Below, in pieces: positions 18,616 to 26,693 of a stretch of 28,634 nt of DNA. The notes beneath the pieces were generated by a model that worked only from the letters and a program-made list of their open reading frames with translations, had not been told where the DNA came from and ran no database searches. Source of the DNA: Meiothermus sp. (GTDB lineage Bacteria > Deinococcota > Deinococci > Deinococcales > Thermaceae); the NCBI GenBank assembly GCA_033762915.1, contig JANRLD010000099.1, positions 1 through 28,634 on the forward strand, written 5' to 3'. The position numbers and the translations under genes are program-made. Numbering within the stretch: the stretch's first letter is position 1; each line of letters starts with the position of its first letter.

Positions 18616-18732
18616 GGCGGGCGGCTGTTCGCGGGGGGGCAGACGGCAGAGGAAGGGGTGGGGCCTGGATGGAGAGGCGGTTCTGGGGTTGTGCTGTGGG
18701 CGGACGGCCTTGTTCTCGCCTCGCCGCCCTTC

Positions 18733-19566
18733 TTAAGCCGCCTGCTGGGCCTTCTCGAGATCCCGGTGCTCGAGCTCGACCCGGAAGCGGCTCGAGAGTT
18801 CTTGGGCCAGGCGCTCGGCCACCGCGACGCTGCGGTGCTGACCGCCGGTGCAGCCGATCGCCACCGTGTAGGCGGCGCGGCCCGAGTGGCGCGCGCCCTC
18901 GGCGGAGAGGCCGATGGTGGTCAGGAGGGCGCGGTAGAGGGGCTCGGTCTTGGGGTCGGTGAAGATGTACTCGGCCACCCTGGGGTTGGTGCCGGGCTGG
19001 TGCTTGAGTTCGGGGTCGTAGTAGGGGTTGGGGAGGCCGCGCACGTCCAGAACCAAGTCGGCGTCTACCGGCGGCCCCCACTTGAAGCCGAAGGAGAAAA
19101 TGCGCAGGAGGAAGCCCTCCTCCTCGCCCAGGGCCGACTCGAGGGTCTCCTTGAGCTGGCGCGGGGTGCGCTCGGAGGTGTCGATTACCAGGTCGGCGCG
19201 GTCGCGCAGGGGGGCCAGGGCCAGGCGCTCCTCGTCGATCTCGCGCAGCAGGTTGCCCATACCCAGCGGGTGCAGGCGCCGGGTGAGGTTGTAGCGCTTG
19301 AGCAGGATGTCGCTCTTGGCCTCGAGGTAGATGATGAAGGGCTTCAGCCGGCCCAGCACCTCCTCGACCTCACCCAGCAGCTCCCGGGTGCGGATGTCCA
19401 CCACCGCCGCCACCTTGGTGATCTGCTTGGCCTCGAGGGTCTTCAACAGCTCGGGCCACAGCTTCGGCGGGAGGTTGTCCACCGAGAAATAGCCCAAGTC
19501 CTCCAGCGCCATCCGCGCCGAGGTTAGACCCGCCCCGCTCTGTCCACTCAGTATGACAAACCGCAT
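18733..19566 (-). CDS. rapZ: RapZ/YvcJ RNase adaptor P-loop protein; the Walker A Lys is replaced by Leu
   Basis: MRFVILSGQSGAGLTSA, EDLGYFSVDNLPP, TRRLHPL, SFGFKWG, DVRGLPNPYY and IGCTGGQHRSV; ATG 19566 chosen; -10 TATACT at 19618-19613. Confidence 0.92.
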   Translation of the reverse strand: MRFVILSGQSGAGLTSARMALEDLGYFSVDNLPPKLWPELLKTLEAKQITKVAAVVDIRTRELLGEVEEVLGRLKPFIIYLEAKSDILLKRYNLTRRLHPLGMGNLLREIDEERLALAPLRDRADLVIDTSERTPRQLKETLESALGEEEGFLLRIFSFGFKWGPPVDADLVLDVRGLPNPYYDPELKHQPGTNPRVAEYIFTDPKTEPLYRALLTTIGLSAEGARHSGRAAYTVAIGCTGGQHRSVAVAERLAQELSSRFRVELEHRDLEKAQQAA

Positions 19567-19717
19567 GAGGCTCACCGTTCGAAAAGTAAGTGGGGTTGCC
19601 TTCCCCGTCCGCAGTATAACCGCTGTGAAGGGGCGGGTTTGTGCATGAGGACGGGACTCATCCAGCACCCGCGCGTTCGGCGAAGTCGTGGCCGGCGCGG
19701 GCCGTCCGCGCCCCAGC

Positions 19718-22423
19718 CTAGCCCGCGTTCCTCAGCCCCGCCGCGATTCCCAGGAGCGAGAGCATCAGGGCCCGCTCGAGTCCGGTGCGCTCGGGCGCCT
19801 CGGTGGGGGTCCTGCGGTAGCGCTCGAGCAGCTCGACCTGCACTTGGCTGATGGGGTCGACGTAGGGGTTGCGGAGCTCGGTCTGGCGGGCCAGGGTCGG
19901 ATGATTCACCAGCAGGGGGGCCTGGAAGGTCTCCTCGAGGGTCGCCACTGCCCGTTCGAAGGAGGCCTCGAGGCCGGGGAAGAAGCGCTCGGCCAGCTCG
20001 GGCCGCACCAGGCGCTGGTACTCCCGCGCGATGCTCAGGTCGGCCTTGGCCAGCGCCATTGCGGCGGAGTCCAGGGTGGAGGCAAAGAAGGGCCAGCCCT
20101 GGTACATCTCGCGGCGCAGCTCTAGCGGGATTTCCGCCAACCCTTCGGCCACGCCGTACCAGCCGGGGATGAGCAGGCGCACCTGGGTCCAGCTCATTAC
20201 CCAGGGGATGGCCCGCAAATCCTTAATCTCGCGCACCCGCCCGCTGCGGTAGACCGGACGGCTGGCGATGTTGAGCGCCCCGATCTCGCGGATGGGGGTG
20301 AACTGCTCGTAGAACTCGAAGAAGCCTGGGCGCAGCAGCAGCTCGCGGTAGACCTCGGTGGACTTCCGGCTCGAGCGCTCGGCGGCCTCGAGCCACTCCC
20401 CCCGGATGGGCTCGGAGCGGCCGTGCAGGTCTCGGGCCGAGGCCAGGGTCATGTGGTAGAGCATCTGCTCGAGGTTGCGGTGGGCCAGGTCGGGGTGGGC
20501 GTAGCGGTCCGCCAGGGCCTCGCCTTGCTCGGTCAGGCGCATCCGGCTACCCACGGTACCGGGCGGCAGGCTGGCGATGGCCCGGCCCGCCGTGCCGCCG
20601 CCGCGCGCGGTGGAGGTCCCGCGCCCATGGAAGTAGTAGACCGTCACCCCGAAGCCCTGCGCCACCGCCGTGATGGCCTCCTGGGCGCGATACAGGGCCC
20701 AGTTGGCGGCCAGGAAGCCCGCGTCCTTGTTGGAGTCGGAGTAGCCGATCATGATCTCGAGGCCGCCCCGGCCCGCCACGTGGGCCGCGAACAGCGGGTT
20801 TTGCAGCAGCTGGCCCACCACGGCGGGGGCGTTCTCGAGGTCGCCCAGGGTCTCGAACAGCGGCACCACGTCGAAGGGCAGGGCCTTGCCGGGGCGGTAG
20901 AGCCCGGATTCGCGGGCCAGCAGGATCACCTCGAGCAAGTCCGAGGCGTAGTGGGTCATGCTGACCACGTGTGCGCCCCTGGATTTCCAGTTCCCCAGGG
21001 CCCCCAGCGCGGTCTGGAGGGCTTTGGTCTGGGGCCGATAACCCACCGGGGCCAGCGGGCGGGCGGTGGCGAGTTCGCGGGTCAGCAGGGACTCGCGCTC
21101 GTCGGGGGAGAGGGCCGCGTAGCCCTCGTGAACCCCCCCGACCCTCAGCAGCTCGGCGCAGGCCTCGGTGAGCTGCTTGGACTCCTCGCGCAGGTCGAGG
21201 GCCACCAGGTCCAGCCCGAAGGCTTCGGCGTTCAGGCGCACCGGCTTGACGGCAGTGTTGGCGATGGACTCGAGGCCGATCTGCCGCAGGCTCCCCTCGG
21301 CCTTCTTCAGGTCGCCTACGAACTCGGCCGTGGAGGTGAAGCCTGGCCCCGGCTGCTCGCCGATCAGCGAGCGCAGCTTGTAGCGCAGCCCCATCCCAAA
21401 AACCCGGTAGGGCTCGTTCTCGAAGCGCTCGGGCAGTTGCAGGTGGCGCTCGTTGTCCTCGAGGGCCAGCCGCAGCTCGCGGGTCAGGGCCACCCGGTCG
21501 CTGCTGAGCGAGAGGTCGCGAATCAGGTTGTCCACGTCCTCGACGTACTTGCGGACCGCCGTCTCGGCGGCGTACCGCTGCGCGAAGGCGGTCACCTCCG
21601 GTACCACATTGGGGTTGCCGTCGCGGTCGCCCCCGATCCACGTCCTAAAGACCAGGGGAGGGGAGAGGTCGGGCCGCCTCCCGTAGTGTGCCTCGACAGC
21701 CCGCTCGAGGCCTTCCACCAGCCGGGGGATGGCCTGCCACAGCGTGAAGGTGGTGTAGAACAGCCCGCCCTTCACCTCGTCCTGCACCGTGGGTCGGCTG
21801 CGGCGCAGCTCGGAGGTGCCCCAGAGGAGGGTGACGCGAGCGTCCACGGCAGGATCGGGGGACGGGGTCAGCAGACTCGAAGACTCCGGGCTTGCACTGC
21901 TTCTCCCCATCTCGATCGCGTCAAGCATCCGCTCGAGCTCGCCTACGTGGTACCGCTGCGTTCTGCGGCGGGTCTCGGTGGGGTGGGCGGTGAAGGTCAG
22001 GTGGAGGCGCAGCTTTTGCAGCACCCCCAGCACCTGCTCGTAGCTGAGCCCCTGGGCCTTGAGCTGGCCGATGGCCGACAGGAACGACTCGCCCCTGGGC
22101 TTTTCCGGGGTGCTGCCCCGTTCGCGCTGGCGGTTGACCCGCACGCGGTGGCGCTCCTCGGCCAGGTTGACCAGATGGAAGTAGGTCGAGAAGGCCCGGA
22201 TCAGGCTCTCGGCCTCCTCGAGGCTCAGCCCCTTGACCAGGCCCAGCAGCTCTCCGTGGGAGGCCTCGTCGTAGCTCTGGCGCAGGGCCTTGGTGAGGGC
22301 GCGGGCGCGCTCTTCGAGCTCGTACATCCGCTCGCCCGACAGTGTGCGGATGGCGCCGCCGAGCGAGCGCCCCAGCAAATCCACCTCGCGCTTGAGTTGT
22401 TCGAAAAGTTGGTTTTCAGACAT
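19718..22423 (-). CDS. ppc: Phosphoenolpyruvate carboxylase
   Basis: [37 protein letters not shown]...RGGG, LRAIPW and C-terminal GLRNAG. Confidence 0.97.
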   Translation of the reverse strand: MSENQLFEQLKREVDLLGRSLGGAIRTLSGERMYELEERARALTKALRQSYDEASHGELLGLVKGLSLEEAESLIRAFSTYFHLVNLAEERHRVRVNRQRERGSTPEKPRGESFLSAIGQLKAQGLSYEQVLGVLQKLRLHLTFTAHPTETRRRTQRYHVGELERMLDAIEMGRSSASPESSSLLTPSPDPAVDARVTLLWGTSELRRSRPTVQDEVKGGLFYTTFTLWQAIPRLVEGLERAVEAHYGRRPDLSPPLVFRTWIGGDRDGNPNVVPEVTAFAQRYAAETAVRKYVEDVDNLIRDLSLSSDRVALTRELRLALEDNERHLQLPERFENEPYRVFGMGLRYKLRSLIGEQPGPGFTSTAEFVGDLKKAEGSLRQIGLESIANTAVKPVRLNAEAFGLDLVALDLREESKQLTEACAELLRVGGVHEGYAALSPDERESLLTRELATARPLAPVGYRPQTKALQTALGALGNWKSRGAHVVSMTHYASDLLEVILLARESGLYRPGKALPFDVVPLFETLGDLENAPAVVGQLLQNPLFAAHVAGRGGLEIMIGYSDSNKDAGFLAANWALYRAQEAITAVAQGFGVTVYYFHGRGTSTARGGGTAGRAIASLPPGTVGSRMRLTEQGEALADRYAHPDLAHRNLEQMLYHMTLASARDLHGRSEPIRGEWLEAAERSSRKSTEVYRELLLRPGFFEFYEQFTPIREIGALNIASRPVYRSGRVREIKDLRAIPWVMSWTQVRLLIPGWYGVAEGLAEIPLELRREMYQGWPFFASTLDSAAMALAKADLSIAREYQRLVRPELAERFFPGLEASFERAVATLEETFQAPLLVNHPTLARQTELRNPYVDPISQVQVELLERYRRTPTEAPERTGLERALMLSLLGIAAGLRNAG

Positions 22424-22697
22424 GGAAGCCCCGCGTTTGGTATACCACTGCGGGACAGTTTACCCCATGCCTCGAGGGAGGGGGGCGCGGTGCGGCCAAC
22501 CTCCCACACGCCCCGCCCAGCCGCGCCGACAGGCCGACAGATCGCGGCCCGCCGGCAGCAGGACCGCAACGCGAGCCGCCAGCGGTTCTCGAGTCGACTC
22601 CACCGCTCCGACCCCGCCCTTGCAGGGTTCGGACTTCGGCCCCAGCGAACACCCCCCGCGAGAGGTTTCTGCCGAGCTCAGGTTAAAATCTGCCCTA

Positions 22698-22823
22698 ATG
22701 AACCAGTCTGTGCGCCCACTCGAGGCCCCTCAGAGCGGTTCCCACGAACACTCGGTACGGCGTTTGCTGTACCGAGGGTAATACTCCGCACCGTGGGCCG
22801 AGTATTGGACAGGAACGCGATCA
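22698..22823 (+). ncRNA. Candidate structured element, copy X (three-stem junction)
   Basis: Stems 22749-61/22766-78, 22779-86/22800-07 and 22738-42/22812-16. Collinear homolog in inverted orientation at 24830-24952 with compensatory changes. TAAAAT at 22684-89 could be a -10. RNA status is unproven. Confidence 0.5.
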
Positions 22824-23585
22824 GGCCGGCTGGCTCGAGCGGGCGGAGAAGTTCAGGTCGCTGTGCTTGATCTGCTCCACGAGCTCGAGGGTCTCGGGCA
22901 TGGGGGTGTCGCCCACCTCGGTGCGGAGGAAGTGGACGAAGCGGCGGTAGTGTTCGACGGCGGCGTACTTCCCTGCGGTCTGGGCCAGCTGGCGGATCAG
23001 GGTCTGGTGGTAGTTCTCGCCCAGGTAGGGGTCGGCGTGCAGCGCACAGGAGAGGGCCAGGGTGGACTCCTCGAGCCGCCCCTGCTGGTCCAGCAGCCGG
23101 GCCAGCTCGAGCTCGGCCTGTACGAAGAGGCGCTGTACCACGGCCCGGGTCTCGGTGGCCCAGTCGGTCTCGAGGTCCCCCAGGTACTCTCCGGTGTATA
23201 GGTTGAGGGCGGCCTCGTAGTGCAGCACTTTCTGCTGCGGCGTGGCGGCCTGCTCGGCCTGGTGCAGCGCCTCGGCGAAGGCCTCGAGGTCGGAGGCGGC
23301 CAGCACCTCGGGGGCCAGGGCGTAGCGCCCGTGCTCCTCAATCACCGCGCCGTGCCAGCCCAGCGCGTGGCGGACGCGGTGGACGGTGACGCGGAAGCGG
23401 TTGGACGCGTGGGCGTCGCAGGGCACGTCCCACAGCTGCTCGATGATGTGCCCGCGGCTGTGGCCGTGCGGGTTGGAAATCAGGTAGAAGAACAGCTCTC
23501 GAGCCGATTCGGCCCGCCACTGCACGGGACGACCCTCGAGCCAAACTTCGGCTGCCCCCAAGGTTTTGATGCGAAGGTCTCTCAC
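22821..23585 (-). CDS. Small SARP/BTAD transcriptional regulator (no ATPase domain)
   Basis: IKTLGAAEV...ARELFFYL...IIEQLW...FRVTVHRVRHALG winged helix; BTAD motifs YTGEYL...DW, DPYLGENYHQ and EVGDTPMPET. Confidence 0.85.
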   Translation of the reverse strand: MRDLRIKTLGAAEVWLEGRPVQWRAESARELFFYLISNPHGHSRGHIIEQLWDVPCDAHASNRFRVTVHRVRHALGWHGAVIEEHGRYALAPEVLAASDLEAFAEALHQAEQAATPQQKVLHYEAALNLYTGEYLGDLETDWATETRAVVQRLFVQAELELARLLDQQGRLEESTLALSCALHADPYLGENYHQTLIRQLAQTAGKYAAVEHYRRFVHFLRTEVGDTPMPETLELVEQIKHSDLNFSARSSQPA

Positions 23586-23701
23586 AGCCTCACCCTATCC
23601 CCCCGGTCAGGGACTTTTACACCTATAACGCGGCGTTTGTTGGATGTTAGAGAGAAGCTACTAGATTCCTGGATTTGGGCCAAACTCTTTTTCATCGGGG
23701 C

Positions 23702-23733
23702 GTCATGTCGGGGTAATCCGCCGCCTGCAAGCT
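23702..23733 (+). promoter_or_regulatory. Putative SARP/OmpR-type tandem box and weak -10 for the leaderless 23740 gene
   Basis: GTCATG (23702) and GTAATC (23713), 11 bp apart; CAAGCT at 23728-33, 6 nt before the ATG; same geometry as 24994/25005/25020. Confidence 0.45.
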
Positions 23734-23739
23734 GGGCCC

Positions 23740-24132
23740 ATGGCGTACTCGATCATGCTCTGGCTGACCAACCCCGGCGAACAGGTCCACGAAGACCAGG
23801 CTAACGAGATCATCAACTCCGACCGCTCTCGCTTTCCCGGCGCGCGCGGCGGCATCAACGTCCCGCCCGCCGCCACCCGCCTGGTCTACGGCGTATACGA
23901 CGAGCAGGCCCAGGCCGAAAAGGCCCTCGAGAAGATCTCCCACCGCCTCGAGAAGAACGAGCCTTTGCGCTTCGATCTGGAGAGCGGCAGCGTATTTTTG
24001 GTTCCCTGTGCTCGAGTTCACTACGCGGTGATGAGCGAGTTCGTACGGCCCAAGGACGATAGGGGGCAGGCCGACCAGACCGCTCAGACCGCTCAGACCG
24101 CTCAGAGTGTACTTAACGAGCTTCGGGGGTAA
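23740..24132 (+). CDS. Hypothetical protein
   Basis: 130-aa ORF with host-like codon usage; no family recognised; divergent from the small SARP gene. Confidence 0.7.
   Translation: MAYSIMLWLTNPGEQVHEDQANEIINSDRSRFPGARGGINVPPAATRLVYGVYDEQAQAEKALEKISHRLEKNEPLRFDLESGSVFLVPCARVHYAVMSEFVRPKDDRGQADQTAQTAQTAQSVLNELRG
24076..24106 (+). repeat. 9-bp tandem repeat CAGACCGCT x3.4 (in-frame QTA repeats)
   Basis: Read directly from the sequence. Confidence 0.9.
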
Positions 24133-24298
24133 GGGTGGGAATAGAGGTCTTAAGGTCGGCGGCGAACCTCAGCGGCGACCCAGGTGCGTCTCGAGTCCGG
24201 CTGCCGAGAGCCCTGGCCTTGCCGTGGGCGGTCCCTCCCGCCCCTCGCTGCCAATTCCCAAATGTCCCCGCCCCTTGCCGTAGCCTAGTGACAGGGGG

Positions 24299-24832
24299 AT
24301 GACTATGCTCGAGAAACCCGTTCTTATCGCCTACACCAGTGTCACGGGCAGCGCCCGCGACACCGCCCTGGAGATCGAACAGGCCCTCGACCGAATGGGG
24401 GTGGCCTCGGAGGCGCGGGAGATCGAAAACATCAGCCGGATTGACGGCTACCGGGCGGTGATCGTGGGCAGCCCCATCCGCGACGGGGAGTGGCTTCCTG
24501 CGGCAGTGGATTTCGTGCGTGCGCACGCTGCCGAGCTCAGCAAGGTGCCGGTCTTCTACTTCCTGCTGGCCATGACCATGCACGACGACACCCCCGAGCA
24601 CGCCCAGACCGCCCTGGGCTACCTCAAGCCGGTGCGGCAACTGCTCGAGCCCGTCGAGGTAGGGCTGTTCCCCGGAAAGTTCCTGCCCCAAGAACTTCCT
24701 GCCGTGGCCGAAGCCCACCTGCGCCAAAAGGGCTTCCCCGAGGGCGACTTCCGCGACTGGGATGCGGTCAACCTGTGGGCTGCGCGCGTGGCGGGTCTGC
24801 TCAAGGACGAGCAACTGGCGGGCGGCATCTGA
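24299..24832 (+). CDS. Flavodoxin-domain protein (HemG-like)
   Basis: VLIAYTSVTGSA, YRAVIVGSPI...W and GDFRDWDAVNLWA. Confidence 0.82.
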   Translation: MTMLEKPVLIAYTSVTGSARDTALEIEQALDRMGVASEAREIENISRIDGYRAVIVGSPIRDGEWLPAAVDFVRAHAAELSKVPVFYFLLAMTMHDDTPEHAQTALGYLKPVRQLLEPVEVGLFPGKFLPQELPAVAEAHLRQKGFPEGDFRDWDAVNLWAARVAGLLKDEQLAGGI

Positions 24833-24952
24833 TCGCGTCTCCCACCATTACCTCCCTCGCGGTGGCAGGTAATGTACTCCCCATAGCAAAAACCGCCGTA
24901 GGGAGTATGTGTGGGAACTGCTCAGAGCTGGGCCGACCCAAGACCCGTGCAT
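24830..24952 (-). ncRNA. Candidate structured element, copy Y
   Basis: Stems 24846-53/24867-74, 24875-87/24895-907 and 24840-45/24911-16; homologous to copy X; RNA status is unproven. Confidence 0.5.
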
Positions 24953-24991
24953 AGCCTTGGCCCCGCACGCCAAACCGGGCAACCCTGGGTG

Positions 24992-25025
24992 CGGTAATGC
25001 CCCGGTAATGGCGGCCTGACATACT
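24992..25025 (+). promoter_or_regulatory. Tandem direct repeat CGGTAATG x2 and -10 CATACT upstream of the DUF4342 gene
   Basis: Repeats at 24992 and 25003 (11-bp period); TGA-CATACT extended -10-like element at 25017-25025. Confidence 0.6.
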
Positions 25026-25066
25026 GCGTAGGTCTGAGCCGACGCCTCGGCTCGAAAGGGGTGTAC

Positions 25067-25357
25067 ATGGAGACAGACAAACCCGTCCGCACGGAGGAAT
25101 TCCAGCTCAGCGGTGAGTCGGTGGTGGCCAAGGTCAAGGAGCTGCTCCACGAGGGCAACGTGCGCCGGATCATTCTCAAGAACGAGGAGGGCCGCACCCT
25201 GATCGAGATCCCCCTGACCATCGGGGTGGTGGGTGCGGTGCTGCTGCCGGTCTGGGCGGGCATCGGGGCCATCGCGGCGTTGGTCGCCAACCTCACCATC
25301 AAGGTAGAACGGGTCGAAAAGGAGGAACCGCTTAAAGAACCCGTCTCGAGTACCTAA
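25067..25357 (+). CDS. DUF4342 domain protein
   Basis: EEFQLSGESVVAKVKELLHEGNVRRIILK...LIEIPLTIGVVGAVL...AIAALV; SD AAAGGGG. Confidence 0.85.
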   Translation: METDKPVRTEEFQLSGESVVAKVKELLHEGNVRRIILKNEEGRTLIEIPLTIGVVGAVLLPVWAGIGAIAALVANLTIKVERVEKEEPLKEPVSST

Positions 25358-25384
25358 ACCTCGGCGTCGTTTCCCGCGAACGCC

Positions 25385-25412
25385 AGGGCCCCCTCAGCAT
25401 CGAGGGGGCCTT
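25385..25412 (+). terminator. Probable terminator hairpin
   Basis: GGCCCCCTC-AGCATC-GAGGGGGCC followed by TTGAACTT, 30 nt after the stop. Confidence 0.6.
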
Positions 25413-25469
25413 GAACTTAAAGGCGGCTCGAGTCACGGCAACTCGAGGCTGCCCTAGCCCGGAAATGGC

Positions 25470-25650
25470 TTGGTGGAGAAGCTGATGCCGTGGCCCGAGT
25501 TATTCGACGGCGAGACTAAAGGGTATGCGCTGCTCGAGGTGGGCGAGGGCGCGGTGAAGTACGAGCTGGAAGTACGAGCTGTATGCCGTGGACAAAACGG
25601 TGCCCGGCGGGGAGCGGCGTCTGGTGCGGATAGTGAAGGTGGTGCGGTAG
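25470..25650 (+). pseudogene. Orphan 3' gene tail, PhoD-like alkaline phosphatase C-terminus (tentative), frameshifted by a 13-bp duplication
   Basis: Removing one GAAGTACGAGCTG (25556-68 / 25569-81) gives ...PWPELFDGETKGYALLEVGEGAVKYELYAVDKTVPGGERRLVRIVKVVR*. Confidence 0.45.
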
Positions 25651-25651
25651 T

Positions 25652-25745
25652 CTCGAGCCCCACCCTCAACAAAACGACAGCCTCGAGGACGGTCAGGTTT
25701 TGCCAGGGTTTAAGTGCAAGGCGGCGGAGTTGTTTGGGGGTAGGC
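25652..25745 (+). pseudogene. Uma2 (DUF820) endonuclease C-terminal fragment, copy A
   Basis: Reads DSLEDGQVLPGFKCKAAELF, the Uma2 tail pattern; about 86% identical to 26694-26788. Confidence 0.65.
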
Positions 25746-25777
25746 TCGAGGGGCTAATGGGTGCAAAATACGACGGA

Positions 25778-25821
25778 AAAAGTAAGGAATGGTTGTGCAA
25801 AAGTAAGGAGACAACTATACT
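25778..25821 (+). promoter_or_regulatory. Toxin-antitoxin promoter (leaderless) with operator repeats
   Basis: TTGTGC (25793-98), 17 bp, TATACT (25816-21), 6 nt, then ATG; AAAAGTAAGGA direct repeats at 25778 and 25799. Confidence 0.75.
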
Positions 25822-25827
25822 CTTTTC

Positions 25828-26076
25828 ATGGTTAGAGCATCCTCCACCATTACCAGTAAGGGTCAAATAACTTTGCCGATAGCCCTTCGTAGGCTCCTCA
25901 ATCTTAAGGAGGGCGACCGGGTAGAATTCGATCTTGATTCGGCAGGAGAGGTACGGTTGCGCCCAGCCAAGCAGCAGGGGCGGTTTGGCAAGTACAAGGG
26001 GGCAGGGGTAGGTCACCTGAAAACCAAAGAACAAGCCGAGGAATGGTTGAATACCCTACGGGGGCGCGAGGAGTGA
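25828..26076 (+). CDS. AbrB/MazE/SpoVT-family antitoxin
   Basis: STITSKGQITLPIALRRLLNLKEGDRVEF. Confidence 0.92.
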   Translation: MVRASSTITSKGQITLPIALRRLLNLKEGDRVEFDLDSAGEVRLRPAKQQGRFGKYKGAGVGHLKTKEQAEEWLNTLRGREE

Positions 26077-26495
26077 CAACTGCGCTGGACACCAACGTTT
26101 TGATTGGGCTTTGGTTGCCCCACCACCCCTTTAACCAAAAAGCCGAAGCTGCTCTCGAGGCCGCTGCTGCAATAGGAGCACTGGTCATTGCTCCACCGGT
26201 GTATGCCGAACTAGTGGCTGCGCCAGGCAAAACCCGCCTATGGGTGGATGAGTTTTTGGATGATGTGGGAATTGAGGTGGACTGGCAAATCAGTGAGGCC
26301 ACTTGGCTCGAGGCCGGTGAATCCTTTGCCGCCTACGCCCAGCGCCGCCGCAAACAAAACACCCAAACCCCCCGTCGGATACTGGCCGACTTTGTGATTG
26401 GGGCACATGCCTTGCACCAAGCCGACCGTCTGCTCACTACCGATGCTTGGTATAAAACTATCTTTAAAGGCTTGAAGCTCGAGGTGGTGCGGTAG
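26073..26495 (+). CDS. vapC: VapC-family PIN-domain toxin
   Basis: GTGA overlap with the antitoxin stop; TALDTNVLI, VYAEL, ILADFVIGAHA and LLTTD acidic motifs. Confidence 0.9.
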   Translation: MTTALDTNVLIGLWLPHHPFNQKAEAALEAAAAIGALVIAPPVYAELVAAPGKTRLWVDEFLDDVGIEVDWQISEATWLEAGESFAAYAQRRRKQNTQTPRRILADFVIGAHALHQADRLLTTDAWYKTIFKGLKLEVVR

Positions 26496-26497
26496 GC

Positions 26498-26671
26498 TCG
26501 AGCCTCACTCGCAACAACCCCCGGTTTGTGCTAACCAACGAAGACCTGAGCGAACTCGAGGCCATCGTCTATGGTGGCTTCGACCCAATGGGTTGGCAGT
26601 ACGATTTGCGCTACCAGTTAACCCCCTCAAGTTTTGGGGGAAAATCGTGGGGGCTTTTCGTACCGCAGTAG
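26498..26671 (+). pseudogene. Orphan 3' tail of an unidentified gene
   Basis: Start-less 57-codon open frame SSLTRNNPRFVLTNEDLSELEAIVYGGFDPMGWQYDLRYQLTPSSFGGKSWGLFVPQ*, running from one CTCGAG to a TAG just before another. Confidence 0.35.
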
Positions 26672-26693
26672 GCCCTCGAGATGGTGGTGGAGG

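Noticed and set aside
20590..20635. PEPC motif [13 protein letters not shown] differs from the E. coli-type FHGRGGSIGRGG
   Set aside because: The catalytic His/Arg residues are retained; this looks like ordinary lineage variation
2181..22870. Long antisense or alternative-frame ORFs (e.g. 2181-3608 -, 5479-6420 -, 7509-8630 -, 18424-19527 +, 20423-22870 +)
   Set aside because: Shadows of well-supported genes in high-GC DNA; no family motifs
24076..24106. 9-bp tandem repeat as a phase-variation switch
   Set aside because: The unit is a multiple of three and lies in a low-complexity C-terminal tail, so slippage would not change the frame
22698..24952. Structured copies as c-di-GMP-I riboswitches (GCAAA) or integron attC sites (position after stop codons)
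   Set aside because: No GNRA tetraloop/receptor two-stem layout; no RYYYAAC...GTTRRRY ends; the fold is branched; no integrase in the window
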